This document shows, one piece after another, positions 60,681 to 64,000 of a stretch of DNA of 64,000 nt (the first letter of the stretch is position 1; the number at the start of each line of letters is the position of its first letter). Position numbers and translations under genes: made by a program. The notes under the pieces were generated by a model. That model saw only the letters and a program-made list of their open reading frames with translations. It searched no databases and had not been told where the DNA came from. This DNA comes from the human T2T-CHM13v2.0 reference genome, Homo sapiens: assembly GCF_009914755.1 (NCBI RefSeq), contig NC_060928.1; one strand, written 5' to 3'.

Positions 60681-62329
60681 GAGTATTCCATTTTAACTCT
60701 TCTGAAAGCTTTATAACTGTAATTTTTTTCTAGTGGTTGCTCTAGTTATTTCAATATGCATCATTAACATACTATGGTTTCCTTAGAGTTAATATTGCAC
60801 CACTTCACATAAAATGTAAGAACCTTATATAGCTCCATTTGTGCATCTCTAAATTTTTGTTATTTTTGCCATACATTTTACCTTTGTATGCATTATAACC
60901 ATCATAAGATAATGTTATCAGTTTTGCTTTAAACAGTGTCTTTTAAGGAAATTAACATAAGAAAACTATTTTTATAATCACATATTTATTATTTTATAAG
61001 ATTTGAGTTTCATTTGAAAAACTTTCCATTAGCATTTATTGTAGTTCATTTAGTTCTGGTATAGTAGTAACATATTTTTTCATTTTTTGTTTATCTCAAG
61101 ATGTTTTAATTTCAGCATCATTTTTATACGATGTAGAATTCTGTATTTACACACTTTAAACAGGTCTTTCTATTGTTTTGATGAAGCATCAGTCAAATAT
61201 TATATACAATGTGTCTTTCTCCCCTTTCTTCTTTTGTTTTCTGGCTGTTTTAACATAGGTTTGCATATGATACACCTAAATGTTGTTTTCTTCTTATTAG
61301 GTTTTTAGATCTGTAGCTTGAAATTTTTTAAAAAGATTTCAGAAAATTTGGGCAATTATGTTTTCCCCCTCCAGATAATGTTTTTATTTCCAATGTACTT
61401 TAGTCACTTTTTTAGGGATGCAAATTATATGTATGTTGGATCAATTGAGATTTTCCTACAAGATACTAAATACCTATTTATTTGTTCCTATCTTTTTACT
61501 CCCTGTCTTTTAATAATGGAATAGTTTCTATTGTTCTGTTTTCACATTAACTGACCACTCATTTTATAGTTTTCAGTATGCTGTTAAACCTATCTAATGC
61601 AGTTTTTCATATCAAATAAAGTACTTTCTTTTTTATATATTAATATTTTCATGTGGTTCTTTTAACATTTTTCATATCATTGCTGAGATTCTCTATTTAG
61701 ATGTTTTTCTTTTCCTTTGCATTCTTACTCATAATTATACTTACTGTTCAAACTCTTTGTCTACCAGTTCTAATATTTGTGTCTTTTTCTGATAGATTTC
61801 TTTTGGCCACTTTTTTCTCTCTTGATTGTTTTACATTTTCATGCTTCTTTGCTTTTAGTGAATGTTTTAATTATATGGATATTGTCAATGTTATGCTATT
61901 GAGTTTTGCTTAACTAGTCTTCTTTTATGGGTATTGAATATGGTTCCAGAAAGCAGTTAAATTACTGGGAGATCCCTTGATATCACCAGACTTGGCCCTG
62001 TTCTTTGTAAATGATAGTTTCATTTTTGTTCTTAGTCCTAAAATGTGCCCTTTCATGTAGTAAGCATTTCTCGTTACTGATCTGTGAATTCTCTGGGGTG
62101 TCACTGAAAGTGCTAGGTGCTCAGGGAATTCTCTCTACTCTGGCTGGGCCAGAACTTCGCTGCTTCTCAGCACTGCATGACCTATGCTATCTCGGTTCAA
62201 CTCTCACTCAAGCAATAGCTGCTCTTACTTAGTCCTCAAAGAATGTTTCCTGCAGATGAACAGCTAAGCTCTTGACAAATGACCTGTAGGAAACCCTCAA
62301 AGATTTTGATGTCCACTTCTCTGTTACAT

Positions 62330-62898
62330 TTCGACTGCTGTGAAACCAATTACCACAAATTTAGCAGCTTAAAATAACATCCATTTATTAAGTGACAGCT
62401 CTGAAGCTCAGAGGACAAGGCATAGAGTAGCTGGTCCTCACCTCGGCTTCTTAAAAGGCTAAAATCAAAGTTTTGACAGGGCTATGTTCCCTTCTGGAAG
62501 CTCTGGGGAAAGAATACTTCCAGGCTTAATCAGGGTATTGATAGACTTCAGCTTCTTGAGACTAGAGCACTGACGTCACTATTTCCTTGCTGGCTGTCAG
62601 CCAGTGGCTACATTCAGCTCCTAGAAGTTACCTGCATTCCTTGCCATGTGACCTCAACAGGCAGTTAACAACATGGCTGGAAAGAATATCCTCTGCAACT
62701 ATTTGGAGAAGACAAAAGGACGCACCTAATCAGGTTAGGCTCATCCTGAATAATCTATCTTATTCGAAGTCAACTGTGCCATACAACATAACCTAATCAT
62801 GGGAGTAAAATTCATCATATTCAAAGTCCTGGGATGTATACTGTTGTGTACACCAGGGTACAGGGTCTCAGGGGCCATTATATAATTTTTCTTACCAC
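62330..62898 (-). mobile_element. MLT1E/F-type MaLR LTR
   Basis: ctgctgtgaaaccaattaccacaaatttagcagcttaaaa...ctggaagctctgggg...ttccttgccatgtgacc...ggggccatt...cttaccaca. Confidence 0.8.
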
Positions 62899-63407
62899 AT
62901 CCTGTATGTAACTCACTTCTCTCTGGTACCTTACCCTAAAAATATAGCCTCTTCTATTACTGAAATTGATATCTGCCTTCTTAGCTCAGTGAGAATAAGG
63001 TTCTCTGCTTAAATTCTATCTCCCTACATAGTGTTGTGGGGAGTGTCCCTAGGCAGACAGTTGATGTGAATATAAGGCCTACCTCATGTGTTTTTCTTCC
63101 CGCAAAGACCACAGTGTTGTTTTATCCAATGCTTGAAAACAGTTGACTTATGACTGTTGTACAGCTTTCTAGTTGTTTACTTCAGAAGGGCAAGTCTAAT
63201 TCCAGTTATTCCATCATAACTTGAAAAACAATGGGAAATACTTTTCTAAAGAGATAAGTCATGCAAATATCTGAGAAAAAGTATACTAGGAATAGATAAC
63301 AAGTGCATCCTTCTTACACTATTATCAAATATGTTATTCACACTATATATAAAAGCCCACAGTTACAGGAGATATATTTTGGGGGAATGCAATTTATGTG
63401 AGGAAGC

Positions 63408-63442
<35 letters not shown>

Positions 63443-63447
63443 TTCAT
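63408..63447. repeat. (TTTA)n repeat
   Basis: About 9-10 units seen directly. Confidence 0.9.
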
Positions 63448-63659
63448 TATGTAGTCTTAGTGGGCATAGAAAACAAGAGATATTTTTGTAAATAGAGAGC
63501 CTATATACAAAATCAGATAGAACACAAATATCCTTCCTTTGTTATTTGCATATACTGCCAAGGTAATCCACCCAATCCTATGGCTTACACATTGTCCCAT
63601 GCTCAAACGTAGGACACTCTGAAATATATTTCTTCAACCTTGATTTCCCACTTTTAGGC

Positions 63660-64000
63660 CAATATATCTGATCCTCTATTCAACATATTATTAACATATT
63701 AGGCAAATTAAAACTAATGTGTCTGAAATCAAATTTGTCCCCACTCATCCAATGAAATAACTTATTTTCCCTAAGTCTTCCTTATCATAGTGAATGACAA
63801 TTTTTATTCTTTCTATTGCTGAGGCTAAAAGCAAGGGGAAATCCTTGACTTCTCTCTTTCACAACTATATCACGATGATATTCAAATCTTATTACTTTTT
63901 ACTTTTAATCTTGAATCCTACCAAACAGTGAAATTTGTTGGCTCTACTTCAAAATATGCTCCAAATTTTACCACTTATTACCTCCAGAACTGCAACTCTG
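63660..64000 (+). mobile_element. LINE-2 fragment
   Basis: taggcaaattaaaactaatgtgtctgaaatc, agtcttccttatcatagtgaatgacaa, atccttgacttctctctttc, ggctctacttcaaaatat. Confidence 0.65.

Larger units (their letters stand above)
59500..63220 (-). mobile_element. Ancient L1M/L1ME fragments (antisense), interrupted by an MLT1 LTR
   Basis: T-rich antisense L1 motifs gaaatttattgagac, tatccagtctgataatct, ttacgcttaaagcaattattgata, tctagtggttgctctag, ctgttaaacctatctaatg. Confidence 0.6.

Overview
Primate (very likely human) AT-rich genomic DNA, made up mostly of transposable elements, with no recognisable intact protein-coding gene. The ORFs in the track are L1, Tigger, Alu or MaLR remnants, or noise. The one host-gene-derived feature is an old processed pseudogene of UBE2L3/UbcH7 (~8978-11080, +). 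It appears to be copied from an exon-2-skipped transcript, is split by an MST LTR, and carries a 3'UTR segment unusually rich in CpG. Other main contents: a complete MSTA MaLR provirus with TSD, a near full-length L1MA2-like element, a full-length inactivated L1PA4/5, an old L1M 5' part, a near-complete Tigger1, an internally deleted L1PB1, a solo MER11 LTR, 11 Alus, and many MaLR, MIR, L2 and MER5 relics. I found no convincing new biological system. The best leads are the CpG-retaining patch in the retrocopy, the fossil splice isoform, and several template-switch or slippage scars. Repeat subfamily names and UBE2L3 exon boundaries come from my memory of consensus sequences and need RepeatMasker/BLAST confirmation.
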